Assembly: GCA_900617105.1 (NCBI GenBank)
Contig: UYFQ01000479.1
Coordinates: 1 to 64,000 of the forward strand
Reading direction: 5' to 3'
DNA from: Hydrurus foetidus
Lineage: Eukaryota
DNA length: 64,000 nucleotides
Numbering within the stretch: the first letter of the stretch is position 1; each line of letters starts with the position of its first letter. The position numbers and the translations under genes were made by a program. Under the pieces are notes generated by a model. That model saw nothing but the letters and a program-made list of their open reading frames with translations, was not told the origin of the DNA and made no database searches. Positions 40,815 through 55,002 of this stretch are shown here, piece after piece.

Positions 40815-43203
40815 TCATTGAAACCATGCATCTGATGATGCACAGTAGTCAAATGAAGAAGAGTCGTAGACAAAATTTATGAGATCACGATATTCATTCG
40901 TGGTGGGATTTAGGATATTGGTAAGTTCGGCATTGCTCAGTGTCTCGGGAACAACACTCTCGTCTGCGAAATAGTAACCCTCCAGCCACGCCTTAGGACT
41001 GCTGGCATTGTGTCCAGAGCAGTGATTGCACGACTCCAATATGGTATCGGAGAAAATGTCACTGAACATTGCCTTTTGAAATACTCTCTCCACAGCACCA
41101 TGCGCCACCCAGAAGAGAGGATCCAGTGCTGCTCGAAAAGAGACAGTTCGAAGTTTGACTTCAAAAAAAAATGCGCCATGAAAAAGATGCCATGAAAAAG
41201 TTAACATGAAAAACATTATCTCACCTGCTCCAGATCCGGCAAGATCTCCATCATACGGAAACATATTGGCAATAATCTCCATGACGTCTATCTTCTCTGC
41301 AAATGTCAGCCTTGCTAGGCGTGTCTTGACACTATCAAAGGGATCGACATCAGACTTGAAAAAGTCGTCAATGAGCTCATCAATTCCATCCTCATCAGCA
41401 TAGCATGCATCGACAAAAGTACAATTTGGACCTCCAGCTTCCCTTGGTCGGGCACTGGATGTCAGAGCATAACTCTGCCATGGGCTTGCGCTACATGCCA
41501 GCGGCTTTGTGTTCATTTGTGCGAGGTGCTTCTTGTTGAAAGATTGTGCTGAAATTGCAAGGGACCCAATATTGGAATATGAAAAGTTATAAGTGTTCAT
41601 CAACATATCGATAGCCGCTGCTGCTGGGGGACCGCCAACACCGCCAAATGTGAAATGAAATGTTCCATGAGTGCCGTCTTCAATGGCTATTAAGTAGTTT
41701 TCAAGTGGTTGATATTTAACCATGGTGAAAAATTGTGTGAAGTCGTCACAGGAGACACCCCTGTGTGCCTTGAATACGAGATCCACAGAGGGACCGACAA
41801 CGCTGTCATTATTGATGCCGAACACGCTGCCATAGCGTGTGAGGTAGGGCGATGGATTGTAGTTCCAAGGACTACGCAGCAAGCCGTATGGAGAGTTCAG
41901 GTGAGCTGCTGTCCTTTCGAGCCTTCATCATCAACAGTGTAGAAAAAGGTATAATGGTCAGTTCCAGTCAACATTATAATCATTCAATGCTATGCATACT
42001 TCAACATTCTATCCTATGCGTATCTCACCATGCTACTTCCTCGCTCGGAAAAAAAGTGGTGTTTGGGTTTATCGCTTCAGCGATGAAAAATTCAGATGTC
42101 ATGTATGGTATTGATGTGTTCCCCCATCTCCCGTTCATAATTCTGCCCGTTATCGGATCATTTTCTCCAAAGAATGTAGATGATAACAAGTTGGTCCAGC
42201 TTCCACCATCAAGCTGAGAGCTTAGATCTGCGTTCAAAAAGCGTTGACGACAAAATGATGAAAAGGAAGGGAAGCAACTCAGTTAGATAGAGATTCACTT
42301 ACGATTTTCAAACTCGGCACTCTCAAAATATTTAGTGTAATCCATATAATGTAGTGCCACAGCGGGATCAACCATTTGCAGCGACTGTTCCAAGTAAGCT
42401 GAAAGGAACATGTGGTTGTTAAGAAATCCTAGGCCCCCGTGAAATTCATCGCATACAGAATTTCCTCCGCCATCATTATGAAGAGTCGCAAAATAATTCA
42501 CAGATTTATACCGATCTCCATAGAGAAGCTGTCCCATTGTTGTGCTAACGACCCACAACTTGTGAAATGCATTAAGAAAAGCTTCCCTGTCTGAGTCGGT
42601 CAGTGTTGATATCTCTCGTCTCACGTACTTCACCCAGACGGTCGCTCTCAGCTGCCTCTCCATAACGTTTCCGCAGCTTTCCATGACGAAAAAATCATAC
42701 TCACCAACTGCCGCAACATTGATTAGAATACTGCCATCAGTAGATGATCCATTGACTAAGTCGTCATTAGATTTTCTCATCAAAGACCAGTTGTAAAGAC
42801 AACCTGTTTGGATTTGTTCAAAGGTTATGGTTGTATTCTTGTGCGGCTCTATCAAAATCGCATCGCTAAGAAAGCCGTATGGGAGCATAGATGAGCGATC
42901 CCATTCTCCGTAATTATTTGTTATCGAATACGCTGTTAAATTCGTAGTCGTCACATCTGTAGGGGAATCACTACTACTGCTTGAATGTACTTTGAAAATG
43001 TCAGCCATGACCACGATAGAGGCACCACCGAGAATGGAAATTAAAATCAGCATAATAAAGGGGAAAATTGTGCAATCCTTATTATGTATATTGCAGAGAT
43101 CTTGATTTCTACGATGACGGCGCATTCTCTCATGCATCCGCATCCCATATCCTCCATTGTACTGTCGTCTGGATGAATCAGAGCCAAAAAAAAATGCAAA
43201 CAT
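40815..43203 (-). CDS. Tyrosinase-like type-3 di-copper protein, paralog A, 4 exons, N-terminal TM anchor
   Basis: VRREISTLT. CuA His in TLHND, EFHGG and FLNNH; LEQSLQMVDP; GLLRSPWN. CuB His in HGTFH and AALDPLFWVAHGAVER. Confidence 0.88.
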
Positions 43204-43520
43204 GATTAAATATGGCGTGACAGAAGACTCAGCACCCTCGCCTCAGCGAAATGGAGGGTCGCACCTCGAGCTCGTTCGTCGAAGTCGATGTGGAAAATGT
43301 GTCCGCAGCTCTGGACAGTAAACTGAAAGCATCGAAAATCTAGCCAGATGGAATATTTGATTCAAGGCAGCGGATACTGAACAGCACGTACATACTGTAC
43401 AGTCGCACAGTCATTTGTTATTTTTCATTTTTTTAGTTTCCACGAAAATTTGCCCAATCTGGCGGCCTGGAATTTTGGTGGAAACTGTATGCTGTATGCT
43501 GTGACTCCGATAAAACTCCC

Positions 43521-43528
43521 TATATAAA
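43521..43528 (+). promoter_or_regulatory. TATA-box candidate in the divergent tyrosinase intergenic region
   Basis: TATATAAA about 110 bp upstream of ATG 43637. Confidence 0.4.
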
Positions 43529-43636
43529 ACTCTAATGGGAAACAATCAAACTATTCGCTGGATGATGCCCCGACGAGGGTTAGCGACCTGACCGCTGTTA
43601 TCTGATTTTTAGGCCTGAACTTTAACGAAGAACTAG

Positions 43637-46162
43637 ATGACATCCGCTCAATATGGAGCACTTGACGCCCCTTTCGGCTCGAGCATTGAGGATAACGATT
43701 TTGAGTCTTTCCCTCCGCGCTATGACAGCGAACATCTGGAACGCAGCAAATCAGTGTATGGCCCGCTTTTAAAATTTCTGTTACTGGTGTCGTGCGCAGG
43801 TCTACTTCTCTTCGCAGTCTCATGGCAAAATCAAGCACTACCGATGCAAGCTCAACAGAAAAGCTCTTTTTCTACCAACTCAGTAACGACAGCGATCAGT
43901 GTTCTATCTGTTTCAAATGATTATGGTTTGTACGACTCAACGGCGATGTTTCCATACAGCTTCTTGGAAGGCACTTTCATGATAGAGCCGTACAAAGAAA
44001 CAACCATTACTATTGTAACCAATCCAGCAAGATGCCCATACGATTGGTCTTTCACGCGCAAGGTAGACAATTCGATAAGTTCATCTGGCACCAGCTCTAA
44101 TGGCATTATTTCTGTCATCCTGACAGCAGTCGGCGAGTACGTCTTTGCTTTGAGTGAGAAATGTGAAGGTGGGACGATCTCAAACGAACTGCTCAGCACC
44201 AGCGTGTGGGTGAAGTATGTGCGCCGTGAGTTATCAGCCCTTACTGACACCGATCGTGAGGATTTTCTCGACGCTTTCCATACGCTGTGGACGACTAGCA
44301 CGACGAAGGGCCAGGCACTGTATGGTGACCGATATAAGTCCGTTAATTATTTCGCTACCCTTCATAACGATGGCGGTGGAAATGCTGTATGCGATGAGTT
44401 TCACGGGGGAGTTGGTTTTGTGAACAATCACATGTTTCTTTCTGCGTATCTAGAGCAGTCGTTACAGCTGGTGAACCCAAGAGTTGCACTTCATTACATG
44501 GAGTACAGTAAATATTTTTCTAGCAGCGCATTTCAAAACCGTAAGTCAGCTTTATCTCTCATCTCTATTGCCCCTTCCAAGCACGTAAACAGATCTTTGA
44601 CAAGATATGTCCTCAAATATCATGATCTTCCTAGGAGTGTCGCATCAACTGGATGGTGGATCCTGGACCGAGATTCTGACTTCAAAATTCTTAGGAACAT
44701 CCGATCCCATCACAGGCAGAATTATCAATGGAAGATGGGAGAACACTTCTGTTCCGTATATGACCGATGACTTCATGCTTGAAGAAGGCATTGACAAATC
44801 AACGACATTTTTCCCTTCTGAGAATACAGAATGGTGAGAATATTCTGCACTGCAGATTACATAGTACAGAATACTGCTTATATTTGTAAATAGAGCACCA
44901 CAATTGATGTACTGTGCAGCTGACCACATGGGAAAATTCTAGAGACACTTCACCGACACTCCTCTTCATCCTTCCACTTCTTCCCAGGTTAGTGGCTTCT
45001 GAAGCGCACTTGAGCTCTCCATACGGTTTGCTAAGATCCCCCTGGAATTACAACCCGACCCCCACGGTGGCCCGTTTCGGAAATGTATACGGAATAGAGG
45101 ATGCCTCACAGATCGCCAATCTGTATCAAGTCTTCACATTCCACTTGGGTGTCAATTGCACTGACTACGACACCTTCTTCAAGTACATCGATGGCAAGCC
45201 TGTGCAGACATTTCTTCATGCAGCTGAAGACGATACACACGGCAAGTTCCACTTCACTTTCGGAGGAGTGGGGGGACCCCAGGCTGATGCTAGTGTACAA
45301 GCACTGATAAAGACCTACAATCTATCGTACTCCAACATCGCTGCACTCACTATATCAGCCCAACATTTCTACAAGAAATATCTCGCTCTCAGTCACACGT
45401 ATCCCTTACTGTGTACGGACAATCCTTGGCAGAACGGTGCGTTGCAATCCACTGCCATGCCAGGATATGAAGGCGGTCCACAGTGCGATTTTGATGGATC
45501 CTACTATCTCACGGAAACGAGTCTTGACGGACTTATTGCACTGTTCTTTAACTATGACCCCGATAGTATGGACAGTGTAGCACTTCGCATCACCAGTATG
45601 CAATTTGAGGATAAGAAAGCTGTCATGAAGATTGTTGCCAATATGTTTCCATATGATGGAGATCTTGCTGGATCTGGTGCAGGTGAGACATGATCGTAAC
45701 TCTTTGATTCTAGTCCGTTTAGATATCCAGTTTAAGGATGAGTAGCTATTTAACCCTCTCTTCTTCTAATCTCACTCACTGACTCACTGACTTACTTTCT
45801 ATCCTCTCTCACTCACTTTTTCCCTCTCTCAATATTCATATTCAACAGCCCTCGACCCTCTCTTCTGGGTTGCACATGGTGCTGTAGAACGGAGTTTTCA
45901 AAAAGCAGTGTTCGCAGACGCCTTTACCGATCTGGTGTACGATCATGACGGACACTGTTCTGGTCACAACTACCTCTCCTCCAAGGCTTGGCTGGAAGGG
46001 TTTTATTTATCCGATGAAACTATTGCGACAGAGGAGCTCACGAACGCTGACCTCTCCAAGATCCTCACTCCTACCACTGACGAATACCGCGACCTCGTCA
46101 ACTTCGTCTACGACACAGCGTCATTCGATTGGTGCACCAACTCAGCCACATGGTTCACGTAA
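43637..46162 (+). CDS. Tyrosinase-like type-3 di-copper protein, paralog B, 4 exons, N-terminal TM anchor
   Basis: Same motifs as paralog A (VRRELSALT, TLHND, EFHGG, FVNNH, HGKFH, DPLFWVAH). Introns 44541-44634, 44834-44987 and 45683-45848 sit at the same protein positions as in A. Confidence 0.88.
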
Positions 46163-47062
46163 TTCACGGAACAGAATGAAGAGTATTTCGTAGCCCATGA
46201 GCAGCTGATCTCAGTGTAGACGATTTAAATCTCCTATTTTGCACTCGTAATTTTGTATGTTGAGAATTATTTCATCTTTTATTCCTCGTTTGCTACTATT
46301 TGCATTTTACGCTTAATTGATTTCCGAGACAGCAAGCTGCGCTTTTTATAAAGTAGAGTGTCGTATATTGACTCTTACCGCAGTTCTAAACATCATTTGA
46401 ATTTTCCAGCTCTTTCAGTGAGCTTGCATAGTGCCCAACTTGTGCGTAGACGTCTTGTTTCATATCATTTTTCTGGGTCGCTTAGAATGGCCTTACGGAC
46501 ACTTCGTTTTAATAAAATTTGATATTTTTGATCACTTTCCAGAGGCAGAACAATTTACAGAGAGTTATGCAATTAATTGGATTGCTGTCATGCTTCTTAC
46601 AGTCATATCGGCAAGTGGAATATTGAAATTCAACAGCACATTCATCTTTATCTACAGTCTTGATTTGTTCATGAGCGATGTCTCCCACTGCACCGCATAG
46701 GTTCCCAGGATTACAATCAACTTTGAACTGTCGATGCGGACGTTCTACTGCTGATAATATTCAGTTTGTTATAAATTTGAAGTTTGAAGTTTTAAAAAAG
46801 TGTTGTCAGCCGTCAGCACCGACATCAGAGGGTTGAACCCCAGGGGCTTTCCGGCGGGTGGGGGGGGCAGAAATCGAATCACTGTTTGAAATAATTTGAA
46901 AAAATGCCGATGGGATTACTGTACCTTCTCACCTTCGACTTCTAAATACCGGCATGCAGATGAATGCTGTGGATAACTTCCCCGTTGTTCTGCTAACCTG
47001 TGTCAGTTTTCGTGCCAGCCTGTCAATGCTGGTCCGACGAGAAGAAGTTCTAATACAGTAGC

Positions 47063-50000
47063 ATGTCTAATGATGGTGTACGGCGTTCTTATCAACTGGG
47101 GGATCAATCTACCGGGACAACAGCCGACAAGTTAGTTAGTGCTCACTTGAGACTTGTAAAGTCTGCTTGGCAAGATGATCAGAATGAATTAGAGAAAGAG
47201 AAGGATACTGCGAACGCGTTGCGTAATGAAATTGCACTTATGACTTCGGCGACTGAGCTGCAAACGCTACGTGGTGACATGGGTATTTTATTCAGCAGCA
47301 ACACAAAAAATCCATGCTGTTTCGTTGATTCTATTGGGCGGCTCTTGCCTGAAGATTTCATAGATTTTCTCAATTTAAAATGCTGCATCCGAAGTGGTAA
47401 CTCATGGATCATAGTGGGGATAAAGGATTCCATTCGGCGGGTATTTGATTCTGCATTCGATCACTCAGTCAGCTCTATGCAGACAAATAACGTTTACGAG
47501 ATCAAACAAGTTGCAAGAGAAGCTCACGGTGCATCGAATCAATCGGAAGATGATGCAACGATTACTTTCGTTGTCCCTGTGTTTCCTTCAGCATGTCTGT
47601 GGTTGCTTGAAAGCAATTCTGCGGATTCTGCAAAATCAATTGACCTCTATAATTTCAGTCCATCTAGATATTCTACTTTGATATCCCATGGGAGTCAAAG
47701 TAGGCACATAAAGTCAGATCGGCCACTTAGTTTAGGGAATTCAATTGAAGATAGGATTGCCAGAATGCTGAGAGCAGCTGGATTCCTAAGCGGAACGTTC
47801 TTTTCCGTCCTGGAAGCAGCTTCTCAATTCTGCATGTCATCTCTGCTGCACTATTTGGAATGCCAGCAGACAGACGCAATGGTTAGTTGGCGACACGTAT
47901 GCCAGCTGTAACTGGTGAATTGATTTCATATCGTTGAGTAGCACTGGAGAAAACGCTGTACTGCGTAATGATTCAGCAATCAGTATGTAGTATTTCGTGA
48001 CATTCTTGGACTCAGATATACATTTTATGTCATATTTGCTTTCCATGAATGTCACACTCACATAAGACGCTGCAGTATCACCTTACACTTTCTAATCTCC
48101 GAACCCTTTCTAGCTGGAGGACGAGATGTGTCGGCACATCGAGAGCAACACGTACATGGCGAGCCAAAGCAGACGACTTGAAGACGTCTCAACGACCATG
48201 GAGTGAGACTTTTCTGCCTTTTATCTCTTTAACTTGAGCATATGTTATACATATTGAATATTTATGTAATCTCTTCACTGACGTCACTCCTCCTTCTTTC
48301 TCTCACCATAGATCCCTGTTGAGGAAAGTGCGTTCTCAAGAGCGCTCCATCCTCCTCAACTCATTCACATCGTTTTGCTCTTCTCTAGTACACGACATGA
48401 TAAGGCAAAGGCAAAAGAGGATGTCAGATATTGATATGGATGGATGCAGCACTGATAAGGTAACCCATGCTCTGTAATTTGTATTTTATGTTTTTTGTTT
48501 CGTATTTTGACATACGGAATACACGTCATACATCATGTTGTACACAAATATTCCGTCTTATGGACAGTAGTCATAAAAAAACAACCGGATTCTGGACAAC
48601 CGTAACAAACACACATCACTGCACACGTCTTCATCATTCATCTAAAAGAAATACCTCAAATCTTACTCTTTCTCACATGATACGGCATAGGTTGCGGAAA
48701 TTTCAAATAGCTCCGCTGAGATTTCCTCAACTTCAATGTCCGCACTCTCTGAGTACGTGCGTACGTCATTGCCCATCCTCCTGGGTGTATCAGAAGTCAG
48801 TCTTGTAGAAACTCAAAATGAAAATAAAACCGAAAATGATAACAAAAATTATACTGCTAGAAAAAAAGAAAAAGAATTCGTTTCGTCTCATGTGGAATCA
48901 AAGTCCAAGAATCGTTTGAACGAACAAAATAGCGATAACAGCAAGAAGAGCAGAATTGTTCCAATCAATATAATTGGAGAGGATGAAGACGTAGAGTGTA
49001 GTACTATATCTGTTGCTGGAAAGTGCACCCGAATAGATGCATCGAGTTATCATCTGCATTTAATCAAACATGAGACTGACGAAATTCCCGAGCCGAAAGA
49101 ATATGAAAAGGAAGAGGAAACTCACAAGGGCGGTCTATTCAATGAGTCATATGACTCCCAGGAACTCGAACGAGGGGCATCAGGCAGTAGGTCAGGAGAG
49201 AATGAGGCACCTCTGCGTGTTGTTCTCTCATCTATAGGTCATGTCATCAGGACGATGAATGAGTGCGACACAGCACTGCACGCCCTCCTGTCCATGTCCT
49301 CTTTCAGGTCAGCACTTAGCAGTCAGCAGTCAGCTGCACGTACATAGTCATCGCACAGTACAGCTATGTAGTGAATCATCCTATTCAATTTTCATCATTG
49401 ATCTGTAGTGCAGCGTTCCAGTCCCAACAATTATGTTGGATACATAGCTCCTCATTCTTATGCACGGTTCTCATATCATGCCTGACAGATTGTACGTGCG
49501 CGATGTACAGCACGCGTTGCTCAATATCGCAGACAGTTGCATCGTCCCAACCTACGCATCCCACCCATTCCCCAGAACTAGAACTAGAACAAGAACAAAA
49601 GGGAGGAAAGCTTCACATGAAATAGGGGGCAGACGGACGGACCCGGTCCAGCGTGCGGACTTTGAACCTGAATTCTTGGAATTCGCTCAGAAGGTCCCAG
49701 GGATGTTCCTGTCTGGGGTTCGGGGGCGGGGTCCGGGGGGTCAATCGTGTGTGCGGTACTCTGGCAGGTGATAAAGCTTGATTAAGATTTATACGTACCG
49801 GACATGAGTATGTGTATGTACTGTGCTGTCGTTGTGGAGTACGATACCAAATATTGCTCGTACTCCATCTTCTAGCCCACGACCGTCCAAATTGGCTCTG
49901 TGACTCATTATCATTTCATCACCATTATCAATTCGACAGACTACACTGGCAAGAGGCCAAACAGAACTCTCTGGATGATATGAAAAGAAACAATGGAAAT

Positions 50001-53000
50001 GAAACGAAAGATCACCGTGGTGGACATGAGAATCAAATAGGAGTTAAAGAAGACTTGAAATGGATGACCACTAGCATGCCTGACAATCAGAACGCTTTAC
50101 TCAGAGCTCGCATCACAAATATCGCCAATAAACTCGATTTGGAAAATATGAATACAAATAGACAAATGGAGAACGGACAGACGTCCTCGGGTGTTAACGC
50201 CACCGGAAACCGTTTAGATTCCATTTCAGACGTGTTAAATTTTGATGCTGTAGTCTCCGGTAACCAAGAGGACGCATACACGGATTCTTATAAAGAGAAC
50301 ATCGTTGGACACAGAAAGTGTTCGCCCTCCTCTGTCGTTGTTTTGCTGAACGAGGTGACTCGCTCCAACAGCGGTGAGCGGCGTCGTAACGGTACATACC
50401 GTCTAGATCAAGACCAGGAACACCAGAAAAAAAAGAAAGACAGCTGTCGTCATGATAGAAGTAATGTACCTATAGTGCGTACGTGTGACATAGACACAGA
50501 TCCAGGATGTGCGTCACCATGTCGATACTGGGTGCCTCTCGGACATCCCCCTGGGGCCGTTCTTGAATTGTGGGAAGTACTTACTGACGTACGTTCTAAT
50601 TTGGAACAGAATATATCCCAGACTTTGGATCTGTCGCTGCGGAATGAGGAGAGATTATACCGAATATGGCCGTGGGGTAAGAAACATCCGGTAGAGGGGT
50701 CAGTGCGTACGGAATCACGTACGACATGTCAGGAGGATGCTACCATCAGGGCGTTGACTCTGTGGGGCGGCATATTATCAAATGCAGTGAACTCGTTTAG
50801 ATTACAGATGGATCATTGTAATGATGCGTTACTGCTAGAGGAGGAGAGGGAGCGATTGGCACATCAACGAGATGTGTTGCTACGATGCCATGCAACACTA
50901 TGCGTTGAAAATGTTCCAACTGACTGGGTAATTAATGACAATAAATTGAAAGCCGACTCAATAGAAATGAGAAGAGATTTCAAAAATAGCGGAGCTGATG
51001 AATTCAAGTATGATAGTAATGGGGATGATGGAGGAGAGGGAGGAGGAGAAGGAAGATCAGTGTCAGAGGACAATGAGGGAAGAATATCAAAAATAGACTC
51101 AGGTAATGATGGGGTATTGAAGGATAGAAGAGGTATTCTAAATAGTGAGAGCAACAGTAAGGCGGAGGAAAAAACTGTGCAGAGGAGTAGAGAGAGGGAG
51201 AGGGAGAGGGACGTGCGTAGGTGCATCACATGGCAGTGCGGTGAAATCAAAAGGAGTCTCGACGCTCTTGGTCTGACAGTCTGTAAGGTGAGAATCGCAA
51301 TAACAGATCAGTTACTCCTCTCTCAAGTAGATATTTCATAGCAGCATTCTCCTAGCTGACGTGATAGCGTGAATTACGGATGTGCGCTTTCGCACCTAGA
51401 CTTCACATGACTAAATATTTATCTACAAATGTCACAACCTCCTCTGATCGTGACATCAAATATGAGTTCTCATGTCTCGTACATTATCCCATAAAATGCT
51501 TTGTATCATATTATACCGTGTAAGCAGGAAGATTCACTTACTGCTGACTTATCATATTATACCGTGTAAGCAGGAAGATTCACTTACTGCTGACTTATCA
51601 TATTATACCGTGTAAGCAGGAAGATTCACTTACTGCTGACTTATCATATTATACCGTGTAAGCAGGAAGATTCACTTACTGCTGACTACACAGTGAGTTC
51701 CACTACTGTGTACGTGCGATATCGTGGGAGGAAATCGTACGTTACAGCGCCCAGGGTCGCATGGGGGGAAGTGACTGTGCAGGGTGTTGCACAGCATGGA
51801 TCACAAGGGGTAGAGATAGAGGGCAGAGGGAGTGGGGACGATTCTGATGACGTGCTGCTGTATGACAGCTCTGACAGATTATCTTCCTCTTCCACTTTGC
51901 ATTCTCCTCCACTGTCTGTCAACCCCTTGAAGGAGAATGCGCACATACGAGTGACGTTTGTGTGGAAGGGTATCACTGGTCACTTGATCCTGCACTTGGT
52001 ACCAATTAGTGACTCAACTTCAAGTTCGAGTGCTTGGAGTATTCGACAGGGAAGTCACAGTGGGGCAGAAGTTGACTGTGCCGATGAGTGTAGTGATAGT
52101 GATAGTGATAGTGATATGTGTGGAGCCAGCAGTGGTGATGGACGAAAGATGGTCACCACTATCCTCAGGTCTCTCTCTCATAGCGTCTTCAGTCTGTATC
52201 ATGGGTCCAAGAATACAGAGGCGATTCGGCAACAGAAAGAGACGATCAAGAAATTGAAGTGAGAGGGTTGCTTTTCTTATCCATAATGCGTCATGCATAA
52301 CACATATCAGACACGAGACCTCATCTGTTACGTCATGTTACATAACATCATATCGTTTGATATTGCACTACGATATGTAGCGACAAAATCCTACAAATCT
52401 AACCGGAAATAACGACATCATTATTTTTCACAGGGCACAAATCAATAGAAAGAGTGACGTTGCTATTGCAGTGTCAGATTTACCGATGTACGACCACCAG
52501 GAGCTTGAAGAGAGACTAAGACAGAATGCGGATGCAATAAATGAGACAGAGAACGAGTTGCGCATTGTCAGAGCTCTACACAGAGCGAGAGATAAGGAGT
52601 GGGAGGAGTATAAAAATGACCGCAGTTCAAGGGAAGAAGATCTGAGAGAGAGGGAAGTGGCGGTGAGAGAAGAGGCATCAGCGCTCTCGGCAATGCACAG
52701 AGCTATGTCAGAGGACTTGAAGGGGTCAGTCAGAGGAGAGTCACTAGCGCTGTCTCTGTTGAAGCAGAGGGAAGCACTGGCAGAGAGAGAGAAGAGGGAC
52801 TATGAGGGGCTAGTGCGTAACTTGAAGAGCGACTTGTTGGACGCCCAAAGAGCGTTACAACTAGAGAGAGAAAGCAATCAGAAATTAAAAGACACGGTAA
52901 ACACTGACCGATCTATGCCGGATATACCGCATGATACGGCCAATAATCCCAAAGGTCCTCTCACCCACTTGAGATCACCGCGCACACTCCAGCACTTCCC

Positions 53001-53196
53001 AAATCCGTATTTGAATTCTAGTCTTGGTCCTCAAGAACGCATGATCACATCATCCCCAAAGGGATTACGATTATCTTTTCTCGACCCCCTTGAATCGTCC
53101 CCGGTCACTCCACCCCCTTCAGGGGGAGACATAAAGGGGTGTCTCAGTGACATGGTATCCCCTTCGACCAGAATGTCGACATATTCGAGGGAGTAG
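47063..53196 (+). CDS. Large uncharacterised multi-exon protein with coiled-coil segments, about 8 exons
   Basis: ORFs 47063, 48736, 49460, 49812, 51693 and 52471, plus exons near 48115 and 48312, join in phase through GT-AG introns. No domain recognised. Confidence 0.65.
51504..51687. repeat. Perfect 4 x 46-bp tandem repeat spanning an intron/exon boundary
   Basis: Unit tatcatattataccgtgtaagcaggaagattcacttactgctgact starts at 51504, 51550, 51596 and 51642. Confidence 0.95.
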
Positions 53197-53886
53197 CTTT
53201 TGTATTGGCGCAGTACTTGTTAGATCCAAACACACACACAGAGTTATCCATCCCTCTACCCGCGCTCTGGACGACATTGGGACTATAGGTTGATGCGGCA
53301 GAAATCATCTTTACACTTTAACAGATTATTGCTCTTCGCATGACACTGCATCATGTCGAAGTACTGTAAATCGTTTAAAAGAATACCGGGGAAAATATAC
53401 TGTACCAGCTGTTTATTTTCCCTCTCTATAGTACTGTACTGTACTGTACTGTACTCTACTTTTCCAGTGCAGCACAAACTACAGCAGAATCACCAATCAG
53501 GACATATTTCCCATTCTTCTTCACAGATGATATCTATAAAAGGAAATAGCGCCTGTGTGTTGATGTCCTCTGCTTTGCGATGGCTTTGATGAGCTCGAAA
53601 GTGGACTGAGTTACCGATAAAATCCGCCTGTTATACAAAAGAAATTCAACAATTACTCTGCTCTTATATTACATAAATCAAATCCAATGATAATAATGGA
53701 AACGGAATCAATATAGTTGCGAAAGAAACAACTGTTCGTAACCCTGAAAGCTTCTGCTGTATGTCGTAAGCTGACGTATTCGCTTGTCTTTACAACATTC
53801 ATTCGCCCTGTTTGATTTTGAGGCCTCGCAGTTTACGTCAGATACCAATAATAAGATATATCAACCAAGGGGAAATTTTCCTTCAT

Positions 53887-54539
53887 TCATTTTCTGCGAC
53901 TTCTTTTAGTGGATTTGACCGAGATGGATTTAGCCTGTTCCTCTTCTTCATGTTCATTGGGTGAAGAATGTTCGGCATCCTCAGATGATGAGGAACATCT
54001 TGTCGAAGAATGTTCCTGTTTCTGAGACTCAGCCCTCAGAGGAGCACTAAATGGACTGCTTGGACAAGCTTCCACATACGACATGATATCGCTTCTTGGA
54101 AGAGAGGGCATATGTGTTTTTATGAACTTGTCGAAATCAGACTGAACTTTTGACTTTTTCGCACCCGATACCAGAGTCAACATAAATTTAAACTCCTTAA
54201 TTCTCTGCATACAGTAGAGTAGTAGTGTCATCAATGGCTGTCAAAATTAATTGGACACTCATTGTTTGACTACCTGTTTTCGACAAGCCATTGCGACTTT
54301 ATAGACATTTACTGCAAGTTCGGCATTCCTAAGTGCCATATTCACGACATCGATCTCCCTTTGTAATTGCGCTGTCGATCTCTGTAAGCCTTCCGCAACG
54401 TAATTTATTCCATAAGAGATTCTTCCTCCTCTCTTTCCTCCTCCCGGAGTGCCTGAGTCCTTTTGCGACGTTTGGCTTGCTCTTCAGTCAGCTTTCTAGA
54501 GTCATACTCTGGCGACTCAAATTCATCCATATCCTCCAT
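53887..54539 (-). pseudogene. Frameshifted paralog of the 56189-56843 gene
   Basis: Same MEDMDEFESPEY start, then an early TAA. The homologous LQREIDVVNMALRN..NVYK..RKQ lies in another frame. Intron 54273-54205 is at the same position as in the paralog. Confidence 0.7.
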
Positions 54540-55002
54540 TTGTCAGTCACTGGGCAGCAATAGATTGATTTGAGTTATGCTCCATGTTCACCATACCACG
54601 TCAAACAATCCTTTGAAAATTGTGCACTCGAAAAACTAGAAAAATGTCATCGGGAGTCATCGTGAGGCTAACCCTTATGACGCCTACGGATTACCGATTT
54701 TCTGTTTTCTCCCACAAGGCCGTGTGCAGCAACCATTGCAGTCGAATTGACAGCAAGTAATAAGTAGGTTCGGTCAGATGTTTATCAGCGTCATTCTGCA
54801 GAAAACTAAGGGACTACTTTACATTATTTCAAACGGGAAGTAGTCCCGAATCAACATAATATTTTTTATAGAGTGTGGAGTGTGGAGTGTGGGTATTTAC
54901 CGGTTTCAGTTTTCAGTTTTCAGTTGTGTTCTCTACTCACCCTATACTCACAGACTCACAGATATGAACTGACATGGACTGTAACTGCAGTGTACCCGCC
55001 AA

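Noticed and set aside
30280..46162. Metabolic gene cluster (NAD kinase, choline kinase, tyrosinases)
   Set aside because: No shared pathway is evident; adjacency alone is not evidence.
51504..51687. CRISPR-like array
   Set aside because: The units are contiguous and identical with no spacers, there are no cas genes, and the context is eukaryotic.
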